From the NCBI RefSeq assembly GCF_018977255.1, contig NW_024705590.1:1-32799 (forward strand): a stretch of 32,799 nucleotides of DNA, given 5' to 3'. The notes under the pieces are model-generated. The model was not told the origin of the DNA and made no database searches. It worked only from the letters and a program-made list of their open reading frames with translations. Below are positions 12,097 through 26,224 of this stretch, piece by piece. How positions within the stretch are numbered: position 1 is the first letter of the stretch; the number at the start of each line of letters is the position of its first letter. This stretch comes from Callorhinchus milii. Its lineage: Eukaryota. A program made the translations under genes and the position numbers.

Positions 12097-12125
12097 ATAG
12101 CGGTAAGGACCCGGCTTTGCCCGGG
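12097..12125 (-). mobile_element. Helitron-like 3' terminus, copy 2
   Basis: Same as 4170-4198 with one loop substitution. Confidence 0.5.
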
Positions 12126-12194
12126 CGAAAAAGGCAGACACACACATGCAGTTACACACACAAATCGACTGACACATACATACATACATAGACT

Positions 12195-12870
12195 GAACAA
12201 GAAAACCAGCATTCGCCAGTAAGTGGCGGTGACATCACCACAACGCTTGTGCCAGGCTATGTGCACCTTGAGGCCACGTGAAGTGTCGAATGTCCACTGC
12301 CAGGAGGTCATGGGGCAGACCCAGATGGCACAGGTCGACTGACTGAGATGACTGGCTGATGCACCACCTGTTCCCCCTACTGTGGCAACTTGCTGTGCTT
12401 TAGCCACCCAGCGCTTCGCTCATTGTTGTGAGTGTCGCTCCTCCGCCCTCCATTGCTGTTGAAGGGCGACTGCCTCCAACTGCACAGTAGTGTCCTTCAG
12501 GAGCCTCCTCCACAGAGGCCGATCTTGACACGGCTGTTACCAGTCATCGGCAAGTCGACTCAGCTCCACGTCCTCCTGTACCACATCACTCCATGTCTTC
12601 TCTAGCCCGTGCTGCGCCCGTTTAGCCCCCTCGATCCGGCCGAACAAAAGCTGTTTAGGCATGTGGTGGCTGGCCATGCGGGCCTCATGACTCAGGCAAC
12701 ACAGCCTTGCCTGCCGGAGGAGCTCACCGATGGGACTTTTTGCACATCTTTCAAGGATTTGTGAGCTCCTCACACAATGCAGCCTGGTTAAAGCCAGGAT
12801 GGATCGTAGGCAGGCCATCCTAAATGTTTCTAACCGGCAAAGATGTTCCATTAGGGGGTTCCACGCATTC
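12195..12870 (-). mobile_element. RTE-clade LINE 3' fragment, copy 2
   Basis: ORF 12537-12872(-) carries LETFRMACLRSIL...HEARMASHHMPKQLLFGRIEG...WSDVVQED in one frame. ORF 12078-12407(-) carries the finger relic. Confidence 0.88.
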
Positions 12871-15800
12871 ACTCATCCACTGACCCACTTACCCATTCAC
12901 GCACCCACCCACTCTACCCATTCACTTATACACTCACCTACCTATCCACTCACTTAATCATCCACTTACTCACTCACTCTTCCACTCACCACCTATTCAC
13001 TCACTCACCCACTGAGTCACTCAACCACTCACCCACCCACTAACTCACCCACCCACCCACTCACCCAACCGCTCACTTAAATATTCATCCATCCACTCAT
13101 TCGCTCATTCACCCACCCACTCATCCACACACCCACCCACTCACTCACTCACTAACTCACTCATTCACTCACCAACACACACACTCACCTATTCACCCAC
13201 CCACCCACTCACTCAATAATCCACTCACTCACTCATGCACTTATGCACTCACTCATCCACTCACTCATCTACTCATTCACTCATCCACTCACCCACCCAC
13301 TTACCCATTCACGCACCCACCCACTCAATCATATACTCAAGAACTCACTTATCCACTTACTCAGCCACTTACTCACTCACTCACTCATCCACTCACCTAT
13401 TCACTCACCCACTCACCCACTCACCTACTCACCCATGCACTCACTCAATCACCCACTCACTCAACCACTCACTCACCTACTCATCCATTCACCCACCCAC
13501 CAACCCACTCAATCATCCACTCACTCACTTATCAACTCACTCACTCATCCACTCACTCACTCATCCACTCACTCACTCAATAATCCACTCACTCACTCAT
13601 TCACTTATGCACTCACTCACTCATCCACTCACTCATCCACTCACTCAATTACCCATTCACGCACCCACTCACTTAAGCACCTATTCACTCACTTATCCAC
13701 TCACTCAATCATCGACTTACTCGCTCACTCACTCATCCACTCACTCACTTATCCATTCAATCACTCATCCATGCATTCACTCTTCCACTGATCCACTTAC
13801 CCATTCACGCACCCACCTACTCAATCACCCATTCACTAACACACTCACTTAACTATCCACTAACTTAATCATCCACTTACTCACTCATCTACTCACCACC
13901 TATTCACTCACTCACCCACGCAGTCACTCAACTACTCACCCTGCCACCCACTCACCCACTCACCCCACCACCCACCACCCACCCACCACCACCCACCCAC
14001 CCCACCCACCCACCCACTCACCACCCACCCACCCACTCACCCACCCACCCACTCACCCAACCGCTCACTTAAACACTCATCCATCCACTCATTCATTCAT
14101 TCACCCACCCACTCATCCACACAACCACTCACCCACTCACTAACTCACTCATCCACTCACCAACACAGCCACTCACACACTCACCTATCCACCCACCCAC
14201 TCACTCACCCAACCACTCACTCATCCACTCACTCACCCACTCATCCATTCACCGAACCACCCACCCACTCAATAAATCCACTCACTTATGCACTCACTCA
14301 TCAACTCACTCACTCATCCACTTACTCACTCATCCACTCATTCACTCATCCACTCACCCACCCACTTACGCATTCACGCACCCACCCACTCAATCATCCA
14401 TTCACTCACTTATCCACTCACATACTCACCCACCCACTCACCCTCCCACCTACTCACCCACACACCCAACCACCCACTCACCCACTTACCCACCCACTCA
14501 CTAACTCACTCATCCACTCACCCACCCACTCACCCACCCACCCACTCACCCAACCGCTCACTTAAACACTCATCCATCCACTCATTCATTCATTCACCCA
14601 CCCACTCATCCACACACACACCCACTCACCCACTCACTAACTCACTCATCCACTCACCAACACAGCCACTCACACACTCACCTATCCACCCAACCACTCA
14701 CTCACCAACCACTCACTTATCCACTCACTCACTCACTCATCCATTCACCGAACCACCCACCCACTCAATAAATCCACTCACTTATGCACTCACTCATCAA
14801 CTCACTCACTCATCCACAAACTCACTCATCCACTCATTCACTCATCCACTCACCCACCCACTTACGCATTCACGCACCCACCCACTCAATCATCCATTCA
14901 CTCACTTATCCACTCACATACTCACCCACCCACTCACCCTCCCACCTACTCACCCACACACCCAACCACCCACTCACTCACTTACCCACCCACTCACCCA
15001 CTCACTAACTCACTCATCCATTCACCCACCCACTCACCCACTCACCCACTCACCTACTCACCCACTCATTCACTCAACCACTCAATCAACCACTCATTCA
15101 CCCACTGATCAATTCACCCACCCACTCAATCATCCACTCACTCATCCATTCACCCATTCACCTATTCACTCACTCATCCACTCAGTCACTCACCTACTCA
15201 CCTACTCACCCACCCACTCACCCTTCCACCCACTCATCCACTCACCCACCCACCCACTCACCCAACCTCCCACCCACTCAATCATCTACTCAAGAACTCA
15301 CTTATCCACTTACTCAGCCACTTACTCACTCACTCATCCACTCACCTATTCACTCACCGACTCACCTACTCACCTACTCACCCATGCACTCACTCAATCA
15401 CCCACTCACTCAACCACTCACTCACCTACTCATCCATTCACCCACCCACCAACCCACTCAATCATCCACTCACTCACTTATCCACTCACTCACTCATCCA
15501 CTCACTCACTCACTCATCCACTCACTCACTCATCCACTATTTCACTCATCCACTTACCCACCCACTTACCCATTCATGCACCCACCCACTCAAGCTCCCA
15601 CTCACTCACTCATCCACTCATCCACTCACCCATTCACCTATTCACTCACCCACTCAGTCACTCACCTACTCACCCACCCACCCACCCACTCACCCTTTCA
15701 CCCACTCACCCACCCACCCACTCACCCATTCACCCACCCACTCACCCAACCACTCACCCATTCACCTATTCCCTCACCCACTCAGTCATTCACCTACTCA

Positions 15801-16367
15801 CTCACCCACCCACGTACTCACCCACCCACGTACTCACCCACCCACCCAATTACTCATTCACCCACCCTCCCAATCACTCACCCATTCACCCACTCACTCA
15901 CCCACTCACTCATTCATTCACTCACTCATTTTCTCACTCATTCACATATCCACTCACCCACATAATCACTCACCTACTCACACACTCACTCATCCATTCA
16001 CTCACTCAACCACTCACTCACTCATCTATTAACCCAACCACCTGCTCACCCATTCATCTATTCACTCACCCACTCTCTCATCCACTCGCACACTCATTCA
16101 TCCACTCACCCTCCCACCCACTCACCCAATCACCCATTTACCAACTCACCCACTCGGTCACTCACCTACTCACCCAACAACTCACCCACACACCAACTCA
16201 ACCAACCACTCACTTAACCGCTCATCCATCCACTCATCCACCCATTCACCCACCGACCCACTCATCCATTCACCCACCCACTCACCCATTGACCTATTCA
16301 CTCACTCACCCACTCAATCACGTATCTACTCACCAACCCACTCACACACACACCCACTCAACCACTC
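12871..16367. repeat. Degenerate (CACT/CACC/CATC)n microsatellite
   Basis: Collinear with 4940-8382. Confidence 0.97.
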
Positions 16368-16397
16368 NNNNNNNNNNNNNNNNNNNNNNNNNNNNNN
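16368..16397. other. Gap or spacer of 30 N
   Basis: Direct reading. Confidence 0.99.
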
Positions 16398-19300
16398 TGC
16401 ATGTGACATCGAGTGACAATGATACTCCAGATATACTAAGATGCCATCGAGGCCTATGATAGTCTGGTTCGAGCGGTCGTAGATTGGAAAGCCTGCTGTT
16501 GAGAGATCAGGAACTGGGCCATAGAAACCATCAATGTGTCTACAAATTCTGTGTGCCTCATCGGTTCCCGGGCACATTCCGCGCCTACGCTCGAACGGTC
16601 GGGACGTAAACTTGGCACGGCATGTTAAACCTAAAGAAGTAATAGTCATAAGACCATACGCGGCCTTCCCGGGACCTACTTGAAGTTCCCCTAGAGTCGA
16701 ATATTATATGGCTATTTTGGTGCATCCGGCCGAGGTTGGTGGCGAGTACGCATTTAAACCCCAGTAGATTTACTTGGTTGATATTGACCTACACGAATTT
16801 AGCCGTGTGTACCAGCTACTCGAGAACCAGATCCGCCCGAACCGTGCTGACGTGCCGTCGGGTATAGATGTATAGGACAAGGCGCGTTGACCGTGTGCAG
16901 GCTCTACCTGAACAATGGGGAAAAGAGCCGACATCCCTTTGTGGTATCTCTAACGGGGATCGTGGTCCTACTGTAACTATAGCCTACACAGTGCCACTTC
17001 GAGCAACATTGTCTAGGGATGAAAAGGATGAATACGCGCTAGGCATCCTTACTCCAGCCGGTCATCTAGTTTGTCGTGTTGACTGCGCAATTCCGGTTGT
17101 ACGTAAATGTAAGTTGCACGCATAATGGCTCCTCCATCCGACTCGCAGAAAACAGACGCATAACCTGGGGTGACGATGACAGGAGTATTGAATATGATGA
17201 CTACGGGCATAGCAGTCTACTCACGGTTGTTGGAATTAACCTAATGGCATGGGTAGAGCGAAAAGCACATGACCAAAAGTGTATTTAACGGTGAATATTA
17301 GGGTGATCGCTTCGTTTGCCATTACTGCTCAGGATTCGCGCGTGCAGAAAAGGTTCAACAAATCCTATTCCACACTTTAGTCCCAAGGGACTATCGGTCA
17401 TAGTCTCCATGAGCTCATCACGAGGTCTCTTCAGTCAAAAACATGCATCTTCTAACATCAGGCCGGTAGTCCCCATGTTTACCCGCGCGAGGGCTACGAG
17501 TGCTAGTGCCGCCGCCTAAGTTCATTCGTCACCACTAGCACCTCATGCCGTAATAACGTGCAGAGGAGTTAGAATGTCCCAAGTTGAAGTCAGGGCGTCA
17601 GTTAATTCTCAGCACTAATGCGTGGTCTACTCGGCGTTAAGTCCGATTGCAAAGAAGGTGTTCCAGGGTGCGAAGGAGCCGGTGAGCTCTACTGAATACA
17701 TATATCCGAATGTTGAGACGTATCAGGAGGACGACTGTCAACTCCGCGGACCGAGGTAGGAGGTATCTTTTCCACACTCGTGTTATTTACAGGTGCGGCC
17801 TCTCCGTATAGTACCTAGCATTCATCGCGTCCAAGCCCAGTAGAGCGGGGGATGCGGAGCCGCAGCTGTTAGAGCGTGACACGTCTTGCGAAGCGACGCG
17901 GCAAACTCATGACTTCTTGCGTCAAGAATTTTTAATGAAGAGGTTCTATGCAAGCCAACATTCAGAAGGTAGCTGAACGACTAGCGGTAAAGGTTCTGAG
18001 CTATCATTTCCTATGCCTTGGCGAATTCAGGGTGCGCTAAGCGCGCAGTCACTAAAAAAGGCGGAACTCAATCAATCCAGCACCAACGGGATGGCGCGGC
18101 GCAGCAAAGCTCGCCTCATCTCTTAATTATAGGATGGGCTATGACATACGGATGCTACAACTACCAGTTAAATATAAATGCCCATAATGGGGCTATGATG
18201 GGCGGAAGTCTGAATGGTGGTATCCTACCACTAAGGGACTGCTCGTTGCGAGTGCTCGATCATTCTGTATGTACCCTTACTCTATAGGCGTTGATGGGAC
18301 TTGCTGAATGGTAGCTAAATTGTCTGGTCGTGGTGGGCGCCAATAACATGAATCCCCCGGTTGGCGAACACCTGAACTTCAGAATTTGTTAGGGTCTAAT
18401 AGGCGTCAGTCACTGATAAGGAATTCCAGCGACACTAACCTCTTGCATTACTATGAGTATTCTTTGAGAATATTCCTCAGTAGCTCTATCCGATAGCAGT
18501 GTCAGCCCACTCGAGCCTCTTAGGTGCACTTAGGTTGAGTAGAGGATTGTCAGCTTCTCCGTCCTCACGAATCTAAGACTCAGTTCTTATTATCGAGACA
18601 TACCTACCCTTCTTGGCTAGAGGTAGGATAATAGTCCGCAGCACATCCGCCAAATTACAGCGTCCGCCATCCCCGTCGTTACTGGATAAGTTACCACGAT
18701 ATAAAGGCGAAGCGTTCAATTTATAACGTTCCCAGCAACATATCTACATCTATAAGAGTGATACAGGCTCCGTCCCTAACTGGTCCTAGATAGACTTGTG
18801 TGTTTAACCTTTACTCCAGTACTACTGGTATCAAATTCGCGCAAACACCTCATACTCTTATCGAGTGTTCAGCCATATTTCTTCGCATAGCTGCAATTAC
18901 TTTGTTGATATAATCTTCACCTCTCAATATTCGCTCGTGCTAGAGTATCAGCCGGATGAGGCTATGTTGTGGAACGTAGTCGCTGTATCTTTTGCGTGCA
19001 GTCGTATCTATGGGTGCCTCATCCTTTTCTTGCGATACGAACTACTTCCATCCATTTTATTAGTGTTATCAGGCAGAGACCGTGGAAGAATACATACTGT
19101 TAACCCATACTAATAGCCACATAGTAAATATACCCGATTATTAGACACCTTCTGGGGCCGCCTTAGGTGAACGAGGGACTTCCCCCGGCTCCGTCGTATT
19201 GGTAACTAAGATCGGAATCAAGCTGCCCGAGGTAACGTTCCTATTCATAGCTGCTAGAGTCTAGACGTGGGAACCCACTATGAACCCCGGTTGATTCGGT

Positions 19301-22300
19301 CACATTGCGCTTAGCATCTTAAAGAGAAACCAATGCGGACAGGCTCTCTGTACTGTAGCAAAGCAAAACAAGCGCTATTAAACAACTTCGCCTTCCTGAA
19401 TACGCACAGCCAGGCGTATGCGGCTGCCGTTTCAGAGACCTAAGAAAGCCCTCAGGGCATTCGTAAAATGGACGCATGCATAGCCCAGGATGGGGTGACA
19501 GAGTTGTGCTTCCTACTACACGTCCTCGTTTGTAGCGAGCTGAAATATCATTTGCGCTGAGAATAAATTACGCTGCTTGGGCATGGAGGTTGTTCCCAAT
19601 CGGGTAAGACGTTGTGATTTCCGTTGAAGCCAACACTGAATGCTTACCTAGTTACCTGTTGATAAACGGGACGACAAACACTGCGTAGGTTTATGTAGGT
19701 ACTAATCTGTAACAGCTATTTGGAAAGATGTCGCCTTGCGGTGTGCCCCCAGTAAGCGGTGGAGCATTGTTATAGAAAAGTCTAAAAGAAGTAGTGAATC
19801 CGATAATATTCCCCCTTTACTAGTCTGCAATACCCTCGCATTTCTCAGCTATAGCAGCTTCGCAATACCTAGTATTTAATGGCCGCGTTGCCAATTTGAG
19901 GCCGAGATTAGAGTCTGGTTATAGTCCCACCAACAGAAGTCTATGGCCTAGCCAACCACTCGCTCAAGAGTCGTTCGTCGAGTCACTACGTATATCCTAT
20001 CCGACATGGATGAACGCCTACGCTCAGGTCTCCTACGTCCGATACTGTTGGTAACAGTAACACAGTCAAGGGGCTGATCCCTGAAGCTGCATGGCTCATA
20101 CAAGCACGACAGAGAATGGTTTACCCCTGAGAGAAGAAAGGCCACTGACTTCTTCGGCAAGTACACGCATTAGGGACTATTTCATATTATTTCCTCTAGC
20201 AGCCAATGTATAGTCCGTCCTTGCACGGACTGTGGATTCCTCAGGGCCCGGCGTATACTACGTGCACCTCAAGTGCGTGTACTAGCCAACGAGCGCGCTC
20301 GGCAATCATAGTTTGGAAGTAGTAGTGTCGATGGGCATCGCGGTGTCCTGTACGCGACCGTTTGAACTAAAATACTTAACCAGTATTTAATAAATTGCTA
20401 GGCCAGTGGCCAAGGCAACAGTTCCTGGTTAGCACTGGAACCGAAAGGCCCAGATTTTCAAGACTGCGCTTCTCCCCAGCCTCGCGGGCAGGGCAGACGC
20501 GTTGAGCCACCCCACTCAGCCTGGGGTAGTGCGTCCTAACCCCCAATTTATCAACGTAATGAGACACGGCTGGCTATCCCGAATCTCAAATCTCACTGAA
20601 GACTAAACATCAGTACGTCAGCGGACTTGTACGAGCACGATATGACCCCTCCCCACATAGATAATGCACAGTCGAGGTAGAGTTAGCTGCGGACAAAGTG
20701 TCTAAGACGGGCTCACTCGCGAAGTGAAGTTGCTAGTCCCCCTCTCCATACGGAGTTTTTCTGCATAGAGCTATGGTGACTCTTTCCATATAGTTTAGTT
20801 GCAGCCCAGTTTTGCTACTCCGAGGATTAGATTTTGCCGCACCAAAAGAAGGGTAAGGCCGGGCCTCGCTTCAATTCGATTCGACAGCCATAGGAAAAAA
20901 CGTAATTAGGGCAAAAGGCAGAACAGGATTTTAGCCTATCAGAAAGAGTGGGTAACCAAAGATACAAAAAAATGTTCCGATCGGAATATGAATGGCAGCT
21001 CGGAGTGTGGAATGGAAGAGCCACCCGCCAACAGGGGCGCACACTTAATTTCATGCTCTTCGCTCTCCCCTTATTTGACAGGTCCAAAAGATAACTGTGG
21101 GTATAGGATCACCCAACATCAGTGAGAAGTGCATAAACCCGATTTACACTGTAATATGAAAGTTAATGCCCCGGTCGACTATGTTGCCGTCGATTTGAGA
21201 AACGTGGTCCGGGACACAGGCCCTTCTTTTTAAGCTTACGATCCCGTACGAAGCACGAGTGTAATACTGGGGCAGGCGTGTTCGCCAACAGGTAGATTGT
21301 TCCCTCGGCCAGTGTTAATGGATTGAATACCTCACAGGACACCCACCGCGGTCTATAGTGCCGCGCGTAACTAAAGCTGCTGAGTGAGCGCCCCCCTTCG
21401 CCTCTACCACGCTGTTGGACCGAGTATGAAGGTGGAAGCATTAAATAGTCTTGTTACGCGACAACGGCGCTTTCTCATCTCAGTGATCGTATCTTAAGGT
21501 CTTCGGGGTAAATATAGATTTCCTGGGAAACGGAATTCGATATCCATCTGATCCGCCAAATCTCCCCAAGTGGAGGCCGTGCGGTTCATTCATTACGCGC
21601 CTATAGAGGTCCATGATCCAAGATAGTGCCACTAGCCTTTCCACGATCAAAAGTCGCGCTTTTAATCCTCACTAAGTTGAAGGGTCAGCGTGCGGTACCG
21701 GTGTAAGACAAGACAACAGGATAATCTCGAACCTCGATGCATGCTTAAATTTAATGCCGTGCTTGGTCTCTTTGCCAGCCTTGCTGGTGAGTGCACTCAA
21801 GACCCCGGTTTTCTATAGCGGGGGAATCCAGGCTATGACGCTATACGCTCAGGTCCACGAGTCTAGGGCCTCTTGAAATCACAGCGACCCGAGCAAGTTC
21901 GATTTTGGGTGAAACCATGGGGCCATAGCCGGACGAAACGAAAATCACACGCCTCACTTCTTCGTTAGGCCAGGCGTGCAAATTATAGCCCTATGGCTGG
22001 GTAAACATGGTAACTTGTCCATTTGCGGTAATAATGATTTACGAATATCATACACCGACGCTTCAAGACCGAAATTACGGACGTTCGAGATTCTGGTTCA
22101 CGCTCTTTCTTGGCATTAGGTAACGGGGAGTTTCAAACTCCTTCCATAGGAATGACCGCTACAATCCCGATGACATTGTAATGTAAACCCGAGGTAACTG
22201 GCGGACTCGTGTGTTCGCCAGACTGTGATGCGGCAGTAGGCGTTCAGCCTAACAAACAGCTTCGGTTCGTGGTTAGACATCGGGATAAACAGTATTCGCA

Positions 22301-23138
22301 AAAGAATACTCGCGTTAATGTCTGCCGGCTCGCGCAATAGGAGAGGGCTCAAGCAAACAGCATGAGATACCGAGCAACATGACAGGTCGCGGCACAGGCT
22401 CTCCATCAGAATAGGCAGGCTAGAGTTCGACACATTCTCGCCGTTGGCCCTCGTTCTATGGTATATCAGCTCCTAGTTTTCGGATAAAGAGGGGAAATTA
22501 TGGATAATCCCATTATGCCAACATCTTGCCGTTGGCGTGCCATAACAAGTAACAATCCTGTACATACTTTATAATATATCAGTGACGGACTAGTTGTATT
22601 GGCAAATTTACGCATGTGATAATATAGCCCTATTCAGGGTAGCCGAGTAGGCCCTTCGTTAGATGGTTAGCAAGACGTTGGAAGGATCCTGAATTAAGTG
22701 AAACAGATTCCCAATGTCCTATGTGCTGAGAAGGGCCTCGGTTGTAGACCTCGAGTATTTCTTTCCCACTATTGCTAATGGAAGATGTGTCTCCTAGTTC
22801 TCTGAGATCGCCAAATGTGGAACAGTGACTGCCCTCATTGATTGAGCCCGCAGTCGTGAGTACCTTAGTTAATCGGCTCGTCCAATGACGAGTATTCCTG
22901 AGGCCAGCTTTACTTACATTAAGAGCAAGATCTTAGGTACACCTGCCCTAGTCCGGGTTTTTTATTCGACACGCTAGGCCGTCACAGTAAAAGTAAATCG
23001 ATAGGTCCAAGGATCAACGTAGAAAAGCGAGGTGTGTGGAGGCGTGTGGGACCGGCCAGTCAGGATCCTAGGTACTCCTCAATGCAAACGAATGTAGGTG
23101 GGTATTATGTAGACAAACATCCGTTGGAACAAGGCCTA
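16398..23138. other. 6741-bp high-complexity segment of unknown origin with no recognisable feature (random-like)
   Basis: Roughly even base use (about 40-50% GC in the lines I counted). CpG and TAG are common. The longest ORF fully inside is 105 aa. No simple repeats, TIR, LTR or TSD seen. Abrupt edges. Confidence 0.8.
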
Positions 23139-25558
23139 TCTCAATCACCCACTCACCCACTCACTAACTCAGTTACTCACCCACCCACTCACCAACTCAC
23201 CCACCCTTTCACCCACCCACTCACCCCCTCACCAATTCACCCATTCCATCACTCACCCACTCACCCACCTATTCACTCACCCACCCACTCACTCACCACT
23301 AACCCACCCACCCACCCACCCACTCACTCACTCACCCATTCACTCACCCACTCACCGATTCACACACCCACATACTCACTTACTCACCCGCCCGTTCACT
23401 CACCCATTTGCTCACTCATCCACTCACTCACTCACTCACCCATTCACTCACCTACCCATTCACTCAGTCACCCACTCACTCACTTATCCACTCACCTACC
23501 TATTCACTCACTCACCCACTCACCCACCCACTCACCTACTCACCCACTAACTGACTCACTAATCCGCTCAATCATCCACTCACCAACCCACTCACCCACT
23601 CACCCATTCACCCATTCATAACTCACCCACTCAGTCACTCACCTACTCACCCACGCACTGACACACCCACGTACTCACCCACTCACCCATTCACCCACCC
23701 ACCCAATCACTCACCCATTCACCCATTCACCCATTCACCCACCCACCCACTCACCCACCCACCCACCCACTGACCCACCCACCCACCCACTGACCCACCC
23801 ACCCACCCACCCACCCACTGACCCACCCACCCACCCACTCACCCATTCACCCACCCACCGACTCACCCACTCACTCACTCAATCACTCACTCATCCACTC
23901 ACTCATTCACACGTCCACTCACCCACTAAATCACTCACCTACTCACCCACTCACTCACCCACCTATTCACTCACCCACCCACCCACTCACTCACCCACTC
24001 ACCCACCCACCCACCCACTCACTCACTCACTCACCCATTCACTCACCCACTCACCGATTCACACACCCACATACTCACTTACTCACCCGCCCGTTCACTC
24101 ACCCATTCGCTCACTCACTCACTCACTCACTCACCCATTCACTCACCTACCTATTCACTCACTCACCCACTCACCCACCCACTCACCTACTCACCCACTC
24201 ACTGACTCACTCATCCGCTCAATCATCCACTCACCAACCCACTCACCCACTCACCCATTCACCCATTCATAACTCACCCACTCAGTCACTCACCTACTCA
24301 CCCACGCACTGACACACCCACGTACTCACCCACTCACCCATTCACCCACCCACCCAATCACTCACCCATTCACCCATTCATCCATTCACCCACCCACCCA
24401 CTCACCCACCCACCTACTCACCCACCCACCCACTCACCCACCCAACCACCCACTCACCCACCCATCCACCCACCCACTCACCCATTCACCCTCGAACCCT
24501 CTCACTCACCCAATCACTCACCCAATCACTCACTCATCCACTCACTCATTCACACGTCCACTCACCCACTAAATCACTCACCTACTCACCCACTCACTCA
24601 CCCACTCACTCACTCAACCACTCACTCACTCATCCATTGACCCAAACACCTGCTAACCCATTCACCCATTCAGTCACACACTCTCTCATCCACTCACTGA
24701 ATCATTCATCCACTCACCGTCCCACCCAATCACCCATTCACTGACTCACCCACTCACTCATGCACCCACTCATCAACTGATCCACCCACCCACCCACTCA
24801 CCCATTGACCTATTCATTCACTCACCCACTCAGACACGCACCTTCTTCCCAACCCACTCTCTCACCCATCCACTCACTCACTCACTCACCCACTCTCTCA
24901 CTCACTTATTCACCCACTCACCGATCCACTCACCCACACACCCATGAATCGACCTTCTCATTCACACACTCACCCACTCACTCACCCACTCACCCACTCA
25001 CCCACCCACTCACCCACCCACCCACTCACCCACTCACCAATTCACCCATTCCATCACTCACCCACTCACCTAACCATTCACTCACCCACTCATTTACCCA
25101 CTCACCCATTCACACATCCACACACTCACTGACTCACCCACTCACTCACTTACTCACCCGCCCGTTCACTCACTCATTCACTCACTCACTCTCTCATCCA
25201 CTCACCCACTCACTCACCCACCCATTCACTCACTCACCCACCCATTCACTCACTCATCCACTCATTCACTCATCCACTCACCCACCAATTCACTCACTCA
25301 CCCACTCACCCACCCATTCACCTACTCACCGACCCACTCACTCATCTGCTGTCTCACTCATCCACTCACCCACCCACTCACCCACTCATCCATTCACACA
25401 CCCACACACTCACCCAACCACCTACACACTCACTCACACAATCACTCATTCACCTGCCCGCTCACTCACCCATTCACTCACTCATCCACTCACTCACCCA
25501 CTCAATCACCCACCCATTCACTCACTCACCCACCCACCCACTCACTCACCCGCTCACA
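23139..25558. repeat. Degenerate (CACT/CACC)n microsatellite with a copy-specific ~0.7 kb tandem duplication
   Basis: Collinear with 8439-10163, but landmarks CTCACCGATTCACACACCCACATAC (23351, 24050) and CACACGTCCACTCACCCACTAAATC (~23906, 24551) occur twice. Confidence 0.93.
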
Positions 25559-26224
25559 CTTAATTAAATGAACACAGTTGTATCAATGATATTCTATCTG
25601 CGTCTAAACATCTTACTGCTATTGTTAGTGTGGGAGTCAAGTTCCGTGTTTATTTGGTTAGTCTAGCTGTATCATCAAACTCATTGACACATTGAGACCC
25701 ATAGAGCTACATAGAGACCATAAAGACTGATAGAGATACATGCACGTCGATAGATATACATAGACACGTGAAGGTAGATAGATACTCTTAGAGATGAATT
25801 GATTCACATAGCGACCCATAGAGATGCATAGAGACCTATTGAGATACAGAGACCCATAGATATACAGAGAGATAATCAAAGACCATTAGAGATACACAGA
25901 GACCCAGTAAAATGCACAGATATACACAGATATCCACAGAGATAGACAGAGATGTATAGAGACCCATAGACATACACAGAGATAGAGATGTAGTGACATC
26001 GCGGGATGTCACTGTGCAGTGGCGGCCCTAGAGTGGCACGACGTGCAGTGTAACGACACCGCGGACACCACAATGGGGTGGGTGTAGTACCGGTCCTAGA
26101 GCGGCCCGGTGAGAGCTGATTGATAGCACTGGATGGCACCATGCTTGTTGTGCAGTGCCAGCCCTACAGGACAGGGTGTGAGAGTGCCGGCCGAAGGATG
26201 AGGTTACTAAAGGCCTCTGGTTGA
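25559..26224. repeat. Module A copy 3
   Basis: Near-identical to 10164-10829; TGTAGTGACATC at 25989. Confidence 0.9.

Larger units (their letters stand above)
7888..15872. repeat. ~8.0 kb macrosatellite unit, copy 2
   Basis: Collinear with copy 1, including rare landmark words in the microsatellite (TTGACCCAAACACCTGC, CTCAAGAACTCAC, CAAGCTCCC) and both modules. Confidence 0.95.

Noticed and set aside
16403..16411. GTGACATCG just after the N-run matches the start of the LTR-like element
   Set aside because: Only 9 nt with no extension in either direction; compatible with chance.
14288..16459. 723-aa and other His/Thr/Pro/Ser/Leu-rich ORFs (540, 1426, 5304, 6367, 24805, 31344 and others)
   Set aside because: A G-poor (CACT/CACC)n tract rarely forms stop codons. 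The ORFs are open in several frames, differ between units by frameshifts, and one reads through the N gap.
20019..21855. 12-mer TACGCTCAGGTC at ~20019 and ~21844
   Set aside because: About one 12-mer pair is expected by chance in 6.7 kb.
16868..22433. Short ORFs (63-105 aa) in the central segment as a possible operon or defence system
   Set aside because: Lengths and density look like chance. Many have non-ATG starts, and I see no recognisable motifs or gene-like packing.
22945..22965. GCCC-TAGTCC-GGGT plus T-run as an intrinsic terminator
   Set aside because: The stem is only 3-4 bp and there is no upstream gene.
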